Assembly: GCA_951406725.2 (NCBI GenBank)
Contig: OX597814.1
Coordinates: 53,630,001-53,694,000 of the forward strand
Length of the DNA stretch: 64,000 nucleotides
Source of the DNA: Octopus vulgaris
Taxonomy: Eukaryota
Direction: 5' to 3'
Shown: piece after piece, positions 38,776 through 53,589 of the stretch
Position numbering within the stretch: the stretch's first letter is position 1
How the letters are laid out: each line of letters begins with the position of its first letter
The notes under the pieces: generated by a model
What the model was told of the DNA's origin: nothing
Database searches by the model: none
Seen by the model: only the letters and a program-made list of their open reading frames with translations
Translations under genes and position numbers: made by a program

Positions 38776-41199
38776 TGGTTCAAATTTCATCAAAATCCGA
38801 AGCATATGAATTTTCACGGGATGTTCTGACTCCATTTATGTCACCTGAAAATTGTATGAAACATACGGCATTACCTTTCTCCCTAGGCTTGGATTTTGTG
38901 TTCCAAATTTCATTAGGATCGGTGCAGTAGTTTCGAGTCTTTTAGTAGCACACGCAAACGAACACACATAAAAACATTGTCTTTTATATAATAGATGTTT
39001 CTATCTACTTATCTATCTGCTTGTCTGTCTATCTCCTACATCCCCTATAATGGAATACCTTTAATCCTGGGTCTGCTTGATCAGTGTTGATCAGATGATA
39101 AACATCAACATCAACGAAGAATGCGTGTTATTTGGTGTTTCGTGTAATATATAGTGAAGAGTTTGGCTATTCTAGTAGAAATGGTACAGTCTATAATGTA
39201 TCTGGTGTATTGTTACTGTTCGATTATTGTTGTTGCTTAAACCTATAATCCAGAAGACACACGACCAAAAGCGATTCATCTGTGACCACCCCATCAGATG
39301 CTGTAGAACTCGAACCACATTAGCCACGTTTGCTTTTAAGTGTAAGATGTTATTTGTAGGAGATTTGGCAACTGTGTATTGCAGATGAAACTACGACATA
39401 TATGTAAGCTCCCTTTACTTGATTTCAGTCAAATATGGTGTCTATGATGCTCTATGTGTATTTACTTTCTTGACTGAGTGTTGTATTTTGTGATACAGCT
39501 TTCTTTCATCAATGGATATATCATGTGTTGGACGAGTTCTCTTTATCGAAACCGGAAATCGAGCTTACTTTCGATAACCGACTGTTTTTTCGTTATTCCT
39601 TACGATAGTTCATTCAACGACTCTAATATGGACAATATTCTGCATCTCCAAAGACAGTACCTCCTCAATCATACCTCCTCGGAATTTACACACTGGTTAC
39701 GTACATCAGGAAATTTTTGTTGCCAGTAATTCTGGTATCAAAAGACTATACGCCCTTGTAAAACTTTGTATCTCACGAAGTATTCGAATTCATCACTGGC
39801 TGTGAAAATTATGAGAATATTATAAATTGCATAGAGAACATCTCTATTAAACCGGTGAAGAAAGTTATCATGTGATACCAACTTACCAATTACAAAGAGC
39901 AGCCATGTGAATTTCAGTACCATTTTGTTCAAGCCTTGAATCTGCTGGTTAAAGAATGTAAGTTTTAGACTGTGTCGTCGAAGAATACAAAAAGAATCGA
40001 TAATGGATGGGGGATATTTTAATAATGTCAACTGGAACAATGCTCTTACTACTCGAGATTAAAACACTAGATTTGGAAACGTTTTCACAGTCGAGAGTTT
40101 TTGATTTATCGCTAGAGAATGCTAGCATATATAATGTCTATGATGTTTTTTGTTTTGTTTTGTTTTTTTCTGTAAAGAATGCTACTATTGTAGAGGTGGA
40201 CACTGAACAGAAAGATATTTGATTAACTTTTTTCAAAAACAATTTTTGATGGGTAGTGAAGTGTAAATGTGACCGCCGAAAATGTCCAGCTAGAAATGTT
40301 ATACATTACAAGTGTAAAATAAAAAGGTCATTTTTATCGGGTGAGTAAAACACATATTAAGCACATAAAACACCGATATAAAACATAATTACTCTCCAAC
40401 AAATTCATTTCTTCAACTTAAATTTGATAATTTCTTCTACTTTATTAGAACAGAAATGTGTCTCGCTCGCTCATTAATGTAATTAACCATCAATCAATGC
40501 AAGCTTTAGCTGATAGTAGAAGCGCTAAAAATTCCATCCAAGATAATTTTCCGATTGGTGGTTTAGTCATTAAACCATTCTTGTGATAGATTACTGCCCA
40601 AATTAAGTAAATATGCTACATTGATCTTAAGTGAGTGGGGAAATTTTACAAACAGTTGTCTCCATTAGTAATATTTAGTCTCGTCTATGACTTAATACTG
40701 GACAGATTTTCATGTCTTAACATTCTTCTGTAGCACATAAATTTAAACGCTTGGAAGCCTAATATCGTAAAACTTCACTTGCCTAAAAATTCCACCTGCT
40801 ACAAAATCAGGCCAGACTCTTATTCAATTAACATAATGTTTCTATCTTCCATTACCCATCTCCTCCATCTTTCATGCATAAATTACTCGGGAAAATAGAC
40901 CGTCTTTTGTGACATATTTCCTCTACTCCTCCTTTATGTGAGTTGGCTCAGGTTGCGTTGCTCCTTTTGATTCGTAACAGGAGCGAACGATGGAGCACTG
41001 TAGTTGTTCGTACTCTTTTCCCCCCACTTAATTTAATGCATCCAAAATTATTATTTTTGTATCTTTTATTGTACAAGTTTTGTCTGTAAGTTAGATTTAG
41101 CTTTCGTTTGAAAATAATTTGGGTGCGTGTTAACGTTCGTTATTGCTGCTACCAATATAGCAATAACCCCTCCTAATACTTCCATACTTCAATAGCTCG

Positions 41200-41375
41200 T
41201 CGGGAGTGAGAGGATCGAGTCTGCAAGTGTGGTTGGTTGCGGTTGTGTCTATGGTGATGGTTAGGCTTGGATCGATTGTGATAGGTGGGTGATGAAGGCT
41301 ACTTCCAGCGTTCGAGACGCGCAGTTTCCGTAGTGAGGACGTTGCCATTGGTATCCTTCACCAGGGCTGTCTTGA
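41200..41375 (-). mobile_element. RTE-clade LINE ORF fragment
   Basis: LVKDTNGNVLTTETARLERWK*, followed by HPP...PLTPDEL, resembling the endonuclease-RT linker. Confidence 0.5.
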
Positions 41376-42742
41376 ACTGGATTAGATTAATTTCTACAGT
41401 ACTTATTCGATAAAGAATTTTATAATAGCTACACAGCTACAAATTTGCGGGGAGAATATAGATTATTACATCAATCAAGGTATTAGACAAGTGCTTGATT
41501 TATTTAATGACCCCGGAAAAAATGAAAGACAAAGTCGACTGTAGTGAAATTTTAACTCAGGACACAATGAGCCGCCAATTAAATTTTAATTTCTAGGTTT
41601 AGTACATAGCTAGAGAGTGTTGGGTATAGATAATGAAATCGATCCTCCTATATTATCAGTACTTTGTAAAGAGATGTAAGTATAGATTACAAAGGATTTT
41701 GTCCAGAGCATAAACAATTTTACCACTTTAATACAGATTCGATGATAAAAAATACTTGCCATATGTTCATTTGTGCAACATCTAGTGATTTGGTATTGAC
41801 TATAAACAAATCCAATCCTTGTTGCAGGGTGGTAGCTTGTGTGCCTCAATAGTCCTGAGAATTATATCAGCAGAGTACAATCTCCGGGTATGGCCTTCTA
41901 TGCTGGACAAGTCAAAACACAGAGACTAGATTTTGTGTAAGGAAGCTAGGGATATTTTTTACTTAGATTGTAAGGAATGGTGAGTACTTATTTAGAGTGT
42001 TACCTTTGTCTATCAAACAGGATCTAGTTTTACTTATTAAGAAGCCAGATATTCTATTTTTTGGCTCCATTGCATAATGTAATCACATTTCAAAAATAAC
42101 AAAAACAAAAATATTTTATCTTCTATTTTTCCGAATCAACCGGGAAATAAAATCTTAGCATAAGATTTGAGAAATTCCAATGCTCTCCTCATTATTCCAA
42201 AATTGATTTTCTTGTATAGCAGGTATAAAAATCTACATTTTTTCCAAAAGAAACTTGTAAAAGCCTCGAGATGTTTCATAATAGTGGAAAATTTCTCTGT
42301 AATTTCATTAAAAGTTTGCTTGTAAAGAACGATTTATATAGAATGTAAGTAAAATATGTTTCTTTTCTTGAAAATCCTGTGGGGAAAATTTAACAAGTTT
42401 TTCCGACATTGAAAACAAATCTTGCCGTAAATTCATTGACGTTATAGTGTACGTCTTTAATAATATTACAGAAATGCTACTGCTTCTCTGGAATGATTCA
42501 CGATAACATAAAACTGGTAGTATTTTTTCTTCTTTTTTAAAGATTGTTTGTAGTTAGATATTTTAAGCTGTTTACAAATTTTGACGAATATCCGTTTCCA
42601 ATATGTGCACGCATTACAATATGGTCGACTCAGAAGTTATAGAAAGAGGTTCTCACTACAGTGATGGTAGCAGAAACATGAACAAACACACCTTCAAGTT
42701 TATTCCAAACAAAAAAATATATATGGATTTTTTGCAAAAAAG

Positions 42743-42830
<88 letters not shown>

Positions 42831-44051
42831 AATGTTGGGGAGAGAAACATGCTGAAAAAAAGCCAAACATGCAGACGGAAGTCCATACTAAAACATTTAG
42901 AAGACGAAAAAACTAATAATGTTGAAACTATTGTTTTGAATGAAAAAACAGCGACCGCCAACATGGAAGTATTAGGATAATTTATTGCTACATTGGTAGC
43001 AGCAGTAATGAACGTTAACAAACGAAAGCTAAATCTAACTCACATACAGAACTTGTATAATAAAAGATACAAAAAGAATAATTTTGGAAGCATTAAATTA
43101 AATGGAAGAAAATAGTATGAACAACAACAACATTCCATCATTCTATCATTGGTTGAAGAAGAGATAGGTCTTATACGCGCGTAGTATATACCTAATGTGT
43201 ATGTTCGTGCATATATACATGTGTACGAATGATTGTATATATACGAGTGCAAGACTCAACCTGTTGTACTTGTCTCCTTCTTTCATAGATATATGCATGT
43301 ATATACATTTATATATCTGCTGGGGCAGAAGTGTTTGACAGACAGGAGGGTGTATTTTTGTATATACATATATAACTCATTTGTATATTCAAGTTTTTTG
43401 CGGCGAATATGAATGTTTTACGGTTTATGTTTTTGCGTATGCGTTTTTATTTGTATATACGTCTATCCGCGTATGTATGTGCATGTGCGTATAGACTCCG
43501 TTTTGTATATCCGCATATGTATGTGTATGTGCGTACAGAGATGTGCATATGAACATAATGATGCGTGCGTATTTATGTATATTTTTATTTGTATATACGT
43601 CTTTCTGTGTATGTATGTGTGTGTGCGTGTAGAGATGTGTATATGAGCGTTGTGATGCGTGCATGGGTATTTATGCGTGTTTATGTGCGTGTATGCGTAG
43701 ACGTATATATGTGTCCACGAGAGTTGCTTGTGGGCACCGTCTGGAGTACCTGTTTCCAGAACCAAGAGAAGGTCGTCATGGTCGTGGGTACCGTAATCTA
43801 ACCTAAATGGCGCCTTCTCCTTCATGAGTTGGTGGGTTTGACTTATTGGTTTTTATTCGCATATATTCGCATATATATTCGCGTGTGGGAGCATGTATAT
43901 AGATATATACATGCATGTGTTTGTGTGCGTACGTGTATATGTGTGTGTATATGTGTGCATATGCGGATTCTATGAATTAAGTATTATTTTCCACATGCCT
44001 ATTGGAGTAATTTCCCTTTAATCAACGTTTTTTTTTTCACAGCGTTTGTGT

Positions 44052-44112
44052 TAATAACTGGTGAGATGCCGGAGCAGACTTCAGCCCCGGCATCCGAAAC
44101 TGAATTTTATTA
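44052..44112 (+). ncRNA. Degenerate type I hammerhead motif
   Basis: TAATAA-CTGGTGA-GATGCCGG(n14)CCGGCATC-C-GAAA-CTGA-ATT-TTATTA; core A6 is mutated to G. Confidence 0.5.
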
Positions 44113-44299
44113 TGACAACCAACTAATTGTCATATATCATATTTATATGTGTGTGTGTATGTATGTATGTATGTATGTATGTATGTATGTATGTATGTAT
44201 GTATGTATGTATGTATGTATTTATATATGCATGTGTGTGTGTTTGTGTGTATGTGAATATATGTAAGTCTATATAGATATATACATATATGATGTCATG

Positions 44300-45260
44300 T
44301 ATTCTTTATTTTTAATATTCAAACTTACTAAATATCTTTGCACTATTTCTTGTGTACCATTTCACACTATTTTCTTCCATCAAAAAACATCTTTTGGCAA
44401 CAAACTATCCTTCTGCTTCATATTTCAAGACCCTATGAACCTTGCTTTAAGGATTTGCGATTGTAAGGCTTCCTGTGTGCTCATTGCTTTCAGAATTTAA
44501 TTTCTATTAAAACTTCTTTTACTTTGGTTCCATTTTAGACTTTCTATCAATATCTCAAAAGATATGTTCTATAAGTTTGCTAATGGCAATAATTTTGATC
44601 TTTACCATTCAGTTTATATTAAGGCACTAATTTTAACCTTCTGAACTATTCATTTCTATGGAAATTCATTCTTCTTTATTCCACATGTCATTCCTATATC
44701 TTGTGTAAAGCAGTATATTACTTCATCGTATTTTCTTTGCAAAGAATTTTAATATATCTATAGAGAGGAGGAGATTTCACTTTATGTGGCCAACCATTCA
44801 TTTGCTATATCCTTCTTTTACTGTGCTTAGTAATAGAGGTAAAGATTTTATGAATATCCCAAAAGAGCAGAGGGGATAAGCAATCACTATGAAAGACTCC
44901 ATCATTGATTTTAATACTTACTACCTCTTCATTAAGATATCTTTATTTCTTTCTTCATTTATCATCTGTTCCATTCTTTGCTATTCTTTTCTATACTCTG
45001 CTAACTCTAGTATTTATACGCAATCTATGATCCAGAAAGGAAAAGTCATGGCATAGACTTTTCACGCTCAAACCATGCCATTGTAAATTGTTTATATCAT
45101 TTCTGCAATATTGATTTATCTGTGAATGATTGTTCCTTAGTACTACTCATTTTTCAATATCATTTCTGCTCTCCTGGTAATACCTCTTGCGTGCCTAGTT
45201 ATTTACATAACAATATATATTCTATTGGCTATTATACTTACCAGTAACTTCAACATAATT
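44300..45260 (-). mobile_element. Highly decayed R4/Dong-type reverse transcriptase fragment
   Basis: Minus strand DCLSPLLF (GDSLSPLLF motif) near 44865-44885 and other RT-like stretches with many stops. Confidence 0.55.
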
Positions 45261-46650
45261 GAGAGATAAATTGCTGTTGCTTCTGCTTTCGTCACTGCTG
45301 TTACTTTTGTAATCATTTTAGTGTACAACCCTACAATACAGATCGTAAAACACTGATGTCCTCTCGAAAATCTGGATTAGATTTACCATGTCACAACTTC
45401 ACATTCAACAAAACAGATAGATAAATTAGAGTTGCTTTATTCTTGGAAAAGGAAACAAAATGTTTATATTTCTTACTTGGCACAAGACAAACTCTGTGAG
45501 GGAGGAATTAAAATCAATTGAAGGGGCTCGAGTTCATGACAAGTATTTATTTTGTCGACATAAGAACTATAAAATCCACCTTATCAGACTGAAACTAATT
45601 TTCAGCTTTTATTCCGACATGCTGCCACAATTCCAACTCTTCCACACATTTAGTAAAGCAAACATTTAAACGGAAGTACTGTTTAATCGCTCCACCTGCA
45701 GGAAATAATGGCCAAATCTTCCTCAAAGTGCACCTTTTTCTCTTAAATAATGGAAAACATGTTAGATAAAGGAAAAGGTGGGATAACACGGCTGAAATAG
45801 CTTTGCTTGTAGTGTATTCGAAATGAAGACGGTACTAAGATGTATATAAACAGATAATCAGTCTTTTTGACTTTAGTGGGGAAGAGAAAGCTATTGGAGT
45901 TCATGCCCTCTTGGAGATCATTTTCAGGAGCCAAAACTGGGGCCCAGCTGTAGCCTACCCTACAGAATTTGCCGTATACCCTGTTGTATTATATATCATA
46001 CTATATTATGTTATATTCTATTATATCATATTATATCATACTATGTGCAGAGTAGCAGAATCGGGTGAAGTAACGAGTCAAATGCCTTGTACTAAGTAAC
46101 GCCATTTTACGTTGTCAGTTAAAATCCTACCCACCGTAGTAGATGCTAACCTACAACTTTTCTGGGTCGGTAAAATAAGTGCCATTGAAATCCTGGGGCG
46201 ATCGAATCGACTACATCTAGCGCCAAAATGTATGGCCTGTGTCTATTATGTCTATCATAAAATCATTAAACTGTACTATATTTCGCAGAATCCACTAGAA
46301 TACGCAGCTGAGGTGATATTAGATCAAAATAGCTATCTATGTATCATACTTAACGTATATACACTGTTGATAGGCCAGTTACTGCAGTATTTTTCCTGTG
46401 GACGTGCTGTGTTAAAAATACATTCAGTAGCGGAAGGAGATGAAAATTCGTCTCAGCGAGAAAGTTAGATGTATTCCGGACAATTTTTGGCCTTTTAGTT
46501 TTTACTGTCTCAAACTTTGCTGATATCGACTTATCCAAAGAATCCAATCCTTCATCTACATCAGCAAAGTAATCCAGAACACCGATTAAAGAATAAAGAA
46601 AGAAAATGAAGAAAAAAAGCAACAGTAACGGAGAAAATAACAGTCAATAC

Positions 46651-47578
46651 GGATCCTTGTGGTTTTCGTCACTGTTTACAATTATCTTTAAAAAAACTTT
46701 TTTAATGTATCATATAGATGTAATTTTTGACACTGAATCCGAATTTGTTATTCATTTATTCCAGAAAAAATTTGCAAAAGTGTTACAGGTGTTCAAAGTT
46801 TAATAATTTTCAGAATTTTCAGCCAATCAGAAAACTGTGAATTCGCTGCCTCTTCCATCACCGGGGTAGGGGGCATTGGCATGTCAGAACATTAAGCTAG
46901 CTCGCGAGCAAATCAAATACTTGAAAGCTACGAATAAACCAACAGGGCTTGCTAGAAATAACAGTCAAAACATTAAAATATATACACGAGCAAAGTTAAC
47001 ATTAAAACATTCACGAGCAAATTAAATATTTAAAAGCTATGAACAAACCAATGGGTGTTGCTAGAAATAACAACCAAAACATTGTTTAAAACAGACTTTT
47101 ATTAGTTAAAAAAATTCAAGAACGAAAGTTTGCAATACACTGTAGGATTTTATAAAATAAATTATCTTTCTCATACCTCCTCCACATAAATTCACAAAGA
47201 TAAGAGTCAACCATGGAACGGTGTGTCCCACAACGGCATTTGTTTCCACTCTTTAAAGATGCCCAGTTACTCAATTCCTTGAGTGTGAGTCCCTTCTGCT
47301 ACGGAAACAAACAATTATGGAACAAGTGATGGTTACACTCCTTGTACGCATGCGCAGCATCTTTCGTTACTATGGAAACAGAGTTCTTCGCCACGGTGAT
47401 GTATAAAATACTCGTTTCTAATTGGCTAAAATATCCAAATTTTGCAAATTTTAAAGACTGATAAATTTTTAATTATAGATTTATAAGAAAAATGAATTTC
47501 ATTTTAATACTATACAAAACCTAATCCATATCCTAAATTTAAAAGCAATTGGAACAGTGACGAAAACCACATAGATCT
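46651..47578. mobile_element. Older Merlin-like MITE
   Basis: TIRs GGATCCTTGTGGTTTTCGTCACTGTT / AACAGTGACGAAAACCACATAGATCT; decayed 8-bp TSD GTCAATAC/GTCAGTGT. Confidence 0.7.
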
Positions 47579-48629
47579 GTCAGTGTCTCATTACGCCTGC
47601 CCTTAGTCAATGTAGATTAGGTAGAAAAAAAAGGAGGAAATGGTTGGAGGAAAAATGTGTGAGCATGTTATAAATTACAGATAACGGATTTAAAGTAAGG
47701 CAAAGGCATAGTATATATGCAAATGGTCGTAGAATGCTTGTGTATTATAAGAAATGCAGTATACGAGTAATCCAAAATATTAGTTAAATACTGGGGAAGA
47801 CTTGACTGACTGATGACAGATTTTTCGTTTCCGAAGATCATGAGAAAGAGCGTGGCACACCCTCAAGTGGCTATGTAAATCGACCTTCGACGCTATAGGG
47901 ATTTTCTTTTACCTGTGCTAGATAGTTTTTAAGTGAAAACAGTCTGAGCCAACACTTTAGACTTAGATATCTGACCGCTGTGGCTCAGCGGACTAAGATG
48001 GCTGTGGTGGCCACCTGGCTGTAGGTTTTGCATTGGAGTGGTCTACTTCTAAGTGAATTGCTTTTAAAAAACTGGGGAGCTCCACATAACCTCGAGTTGC
48101 TGGAAGGTATCAAAGAAGGCATCGGACGTTCTGAGGGATTCCTCTTGACTGACTGTCATAATATATGACTCATTAGTGAGCGAATTATTGTAGATTTTCT
48201 ACAATGCATTATACCATATTAGCTAGTTCTTGTTTTATGCAGATTGACAGTGAAATTGGTTGAGTACAAGTGAAAAATAGTGCGTGGTATCTAGTTATGT
48301 CCATTTCCATTCTTAGTTTAAATACCACTGATGTCAGCTTGAACTTTCCTTCTCGGTAAAATATAGTAACAGTATCATACTCATCCCAAATATTTAAGAA
48401 CTTGTGTTGCTTAGAAAATGTGTGTGTATGTGTGTCTGTCTGTCTGTGTTCGCGCGTGCGTAAGTTTGTACATATATTTTAGTAGTAGAGCACTGTTATT
48501 AAGATATCAATGACATAATGCGAATGTGTTTTCAATTATTCTATCGTAGTTTCAGTAATGGAGGCAACTTAAACGAGCGGTTGAACAGTGAAACGTGTTA
48601 ATCAGGAGTCTCCCGTTACTTTTTTTTTT

Positions 48630-48862
48630 TCGTTACTCTTTTACTCTTTTACTCTTTTACTTGTTTCAGTCATTTGACTGCGGCCATGCTAGAGCACCGC
48701 CTTTAATCGAGCAACTCGACCCCGGGACTTATTCTTTTGTAAGCCCAGTACTTATTCAATCGGTCTCTTTTGCCGAACCGCTAAGTAACGGGGACATAAA
48801 CACACAAGCATCGATTGTCAAGCAATGCTAGGGGGACAAACACATACACACAAACACACACA

Positions 48863-48893
<31 letters not shown>

Positions 48894-49125
48894 GCTTGTG
48901 TGTTTATGTCCCCGTTACTTAGCGGTTCGGCAAAAGAGACCGATTGAATAAGTACTGGGCTTACAAAAGAATAAGTCCCGGGCTTCTTTCAGTTTCCGTC
49001 TACCAAATCCACTCACAAGGCTTTGGTCGGCCCGAGGTTATAGTAGAAGACACTTGCCCAAGGTGCCACGCAATGGGACTGAACCCGGAACCATGTGGTT
49101 GGTAAACAAGCTACTTACCACATAC
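48630..49125 (-). mobile_element. SINE family A with an internal 91-bp inverted duplication
   Basis: 48721-48811 is the exact reverse complement of 48892-48982. Confidence 0.85.
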
Positions 49126-49504
49126 AAAAATTATAGTTCGCAAGTGCTTCCATTTTTATCATTCTTTCTTACAGCTAACACTTTCACATAACAAATACAA
49201 GCTGTATGTAAAACAATAAAAATATTCTTTTATTCTTTTATTCTATACTTGTTTCAGTCATTTAACTGCAGCCATGCTGGAGCACCGCATTGAAGGGTTT
49301 TAGTCGAACAAATCGATCCCCAGTACTTATATTTTAAGACTAGCACATATTCTACCAGTCACTTTTGCCGAACCACTAAGTTACTGGGACGTAAACACAC
49401 CAGCACCGGTTGGCAAGCGGTGATGGCGGATAAACACAGACACAAAGGCACACATACACACACGCACAATACACACACACACACATACACACACACGCAC
49501 ACAC

Positions 49505-49559
<55 letters not shown>

Positions 49560-50189
49560 CGGCGGGCTGCTTTCAGTTTCCGTCTACTACAGCCACTCAA
49601 AAGGCTTTGGGCGGCCCAAGGCTACAGTAGAAGACACTTACCCAAGATGACACGCGGTCGGACTGAACTCGGAACCATGAGGTTGGGAAACAAGCTTCTT
49701 ACCACACAGCCAGACCTGCGCCTATATGCAAAACTTTCTCAGTTACAAAATGTGACGTTTTTGTTATCTACATTCCAACGATGCAGTTAGGTGTCTTACT
49801 TAAAAAACCCGGCCTCCTCGAGAAAAATACATATAACCAAAAATAGAAGAGAACATACATACATGCATGCAGCCATACATAAACACATACATGCATACAT
49901 GCATGCATGCATACATATATACATGCATACATGCATGCATACATACATACATACATACACACATACATACATACATACATACATATATACATACATACAT
50001 ACATACATACATACATACATACATACATACATACATACATACATACATACATACATACATACATACATACATACATACATACGTTCGTACGTACGTAGAT
50101 ATATATCTGTGTATTATCCTGAACGAATACACAGAGGAAATCGTAGTGTAGCGATGGAGGGGGAATTATTAGCTTCAAATCTATGTATG

Positions 50190-50240
<51 letters not shown>

Positions 50241-50834
50241 GTATGTGTATGTATGTGTGTGTGTTAGGATTTCGAAAAAACGATATCTCCAACGCTATTT
50301 GATAGCATCTACCTTTATCTATCTCTTCTAATATTGCATTATTATTATTTTTTATTATTATTATTATTATTTATTAAACTTAATGTTTTCTCATCACTAC
50401 TACTACTGCTGCTGCAGTTCATTATTCCAATCATCACCACAAACTGTATTGTGATAATCATAATCATCACCATCGCTTTTATTAATATTGTCAATGTAAT
50501 CTACAAGATAACAGAAATGAATGTTAAAAATAAAACGTTGTAAAATCTCATATTCATGATTTCAAAAGTTTGCTCATATCATGTATATTAATACTTTTTT
50601 TGCATGTAATAATAATCACATGATTTTTCGAGGCTATATCTACAATACAACACACTCATTGCAAAGTATCCAAGGTAGCTGTTCCTCTGTGCAAATATGC
50701 GAACCCAATTACTTATCAACAGAACATGAATCCAATTTTACGGAGGAAATGTAAATATTACATGTGTGTGTGTATGACAGAGAGTTGTGTGCATGCCTGT
50801 GTACGTGTCTCTGCGTGTGCCTGCGTGTGTATGC

Positions 50835-50865
<31 letters not shown>

Positions 50866-51029
50866 AGTGCATTATGCGTAAATGTGAGGTTAAACTTATA
50901 TTCTATTGATAAGTAATGAAGAGTATACATATATTTGTATTGAATAGTAGCCATATTAGATTTATGTGTGCGAGTGTGATGTATGTATGTATACTATATA
51001 TGTGTGTGTGTGTATATACATATATATTT

Positions 51030-51113
<84 letters not shown>

Positions 51114-51814
51114 GTATGTATCTATGTATGTATGTATGTATGTATGTATGTATGTATACAGACATATATATATCCATACCTTCATCTGGTCTAACGACCG
51201 TCCACGTTTGCTTTCGTTCGGTTTCCTTGTATCTCTCCACTGTCCTGTTCTTGTTACCAACTTTGACCCTCCGCAAATCCCAATTTTATTTGGGTTTTTG
51301 CGGAGGCCACTGCCTTCGAAGACACATATTGTCGTTCAATGCGCGAAATGTGGAGTAGATGGACAGCCGACAACTGATGAAGAGTCGTTCTTTATGTTAC
51401 TTGTCCTGTTTTTCATTTGTTTCTCTCGCTGTTTGCGTACTCAACTCATTTGTTTTCGTATGTCATGTTGTTTACAGTTTGTGACGTCCTATACCCATAT
51501 ATGCATATACATATATATATATATATTATTTGATTGAACGCCACGCATCCATTTCCAAGTTTATCTTAATATTTTTGATGCAACTCTACCCTTTACTGTT
51601 CTCTCTCCGCTATCATTTTCTCTCTCATCCTTTCTCTAATTCCTTTTTTCTCCCCTTCACCGTTTTCCACCTCTCTCTCCCTCTTTCTCTTTTACTCTCT
51701 CTCGTTGCTCATACGTGACCATCGTCCATCTTCCTTTTCTTCACGTGATCATCTTTCTGTTCCTTCAGAGCTGTCGTAGAGACTGTTTGTGACGTCCTGT
51801 ACCCAAATATGCGA

Positions 51815-51879
<65 letters not shown>

Positions 51880-52095
51880 ACGAGCTCGGAGAAACGTTAG
51901 TACGCCGGGAGAAATGCGTAGCCGTATTTCGTCTGCCGTTACGTACTGAGTTCAAATTCCGACGAGGTCGACTTTGCCTTTTATCCTTTCGGGGTCGACA
52001 AATTAAGTTCCAGTTACGCACCGGGGTCGATGTGATCGACTTAATCCGTTTGTCTGTCCTTGTTTGTCCCCTCTGTGTTCCCCTTGTGAGTAGTA
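51880..52095 (+). mobile_element. SINE family B
   Basis: Close match to 5128-5350. Confidence 0.8.
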
Positions 52096-53364
52096 AAATA
52101 TATATATACATACATATATATATATATATATATCATTTATATTATATATATATATATATAATGTGTGTGTGTGTGTGTGTGTGTGTGCTATGTATGTAAG
52201 GAAATGCGCTATTCCATTTATATTACAGTTAATTACTTCTTAAGTATACTTTTTTAATCAAATCATTTCCAAATACACTAACATATATTGAAAAAAAGAT
52301 TATCATAATCAACTTATTTCAAAAGACATTACATATTCCAAAATATCATATCATATCTAAAATACATTATTAGAATCAAATCATTTCAAGATTACTATTT
52401 CAAAGTATATTTTTTACGTTCACATCATTTCAAAATACATCATTTAACACTCCAAAGTACATAATTACAAAAGTACATCAATATTTCAAAATACATGATT
52501 TCAAACCGGTTTTACTTCATATAGTAGATATTCATTGCAAAAACCATGTGTAACGTAATGGCTGGCTACTAGCGTCCATTTGATATAATGTGTCTACCGG
52601 CAGTAACCTTCTTACAGACTCACTAGGTAACAGGGGAGGTAATACTTCATACATTCATAGACCGAAATTAAGTATACTCTTTTACTCTTATACTTGTTTC
52701 AGTCATTGACTGCGGCCATGCTGGAGCACCGCCTTTAATCGAGCAAATCGACCCCAGGACTTATTCTTTGGAAGCCTAAAACTTATTCTATCGGTCTTTT
52801 TTACCGAACCGCTAAGTTACGGGAACGTAAACGCACCAGCATCGGTTGTCAAGCGATGTTGGTGGGGGACAAACACAAACACACAAACATATACACACGC
52901 ATACATATATACGACGGGCTTCTTTCAGTTTCCGTCTACCAAATCCACTCACAAGGCTTTGGGCGGCCCGAGGCTATAGTAGAAGACACTTGCCCAAGGT
53001 GCCACGGAGTGGGAATGAACCCGGAACCATGTGGTTGGTAAGCAAGCTACTTAACACACAGCCACTCGTGCACATTGTACATTAATCATTCAAAAATGTA
53101 TGGGAATATATATCATATAAATAATAAATGAAATAAAAATAAATAACAGTAATTGGTTAATGACTTAAACTTGGTTTATATTTTACAATAAAAAAAATAA
53201 TGATTCATTTTTTATTCTGTTCTGTCAGATTTTATGCACATTACTATAATGGCAAAAGTTTAAAATTTGTATGCCAAGTTCCTGCACATCTATCTAAATG
53301 CTCACAAGTGTTCAGACCATGTAATTTGTTATTGTTCTTGTTGTGTGTGCGTGAGTGCATGCGT

Positions 53365-53407
<43 letters not shown>

Positions 53408-53589
53408 TAGTGTACTCGATTAGGCAGTATTAAATTAGACTAACTTCCTAGTAATATTTAAGGTATGTAGCTCGGCAATTACTGCAGCATTTTTCCTGGG
53501 ATAAAATATCCAATGGACAAGATTATGCATTCTTTTCTGAACATGTAGTCGGCTTCAAAACGCGACATTGATAACGGTCGAAACGCATC

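Noticed and set aside
43740-43825. Short ORF start MKEKAPFRLDYG with a CAG|gtac donor
   Set aside because: Embedded in decayed simple repeats with no supporting context.
46350-46622. Possible upstream exon (DEGLDSLDKSISAKFET...)
   Set aside because: Good pyrimidine tract but a distant AG and no strong donor.
49768-50292. Long [12 protein letters not shown] ORFs here and throughout the window
   Set aside because: Translations of (TACA)n, (TA)n and (CA)n tracts.
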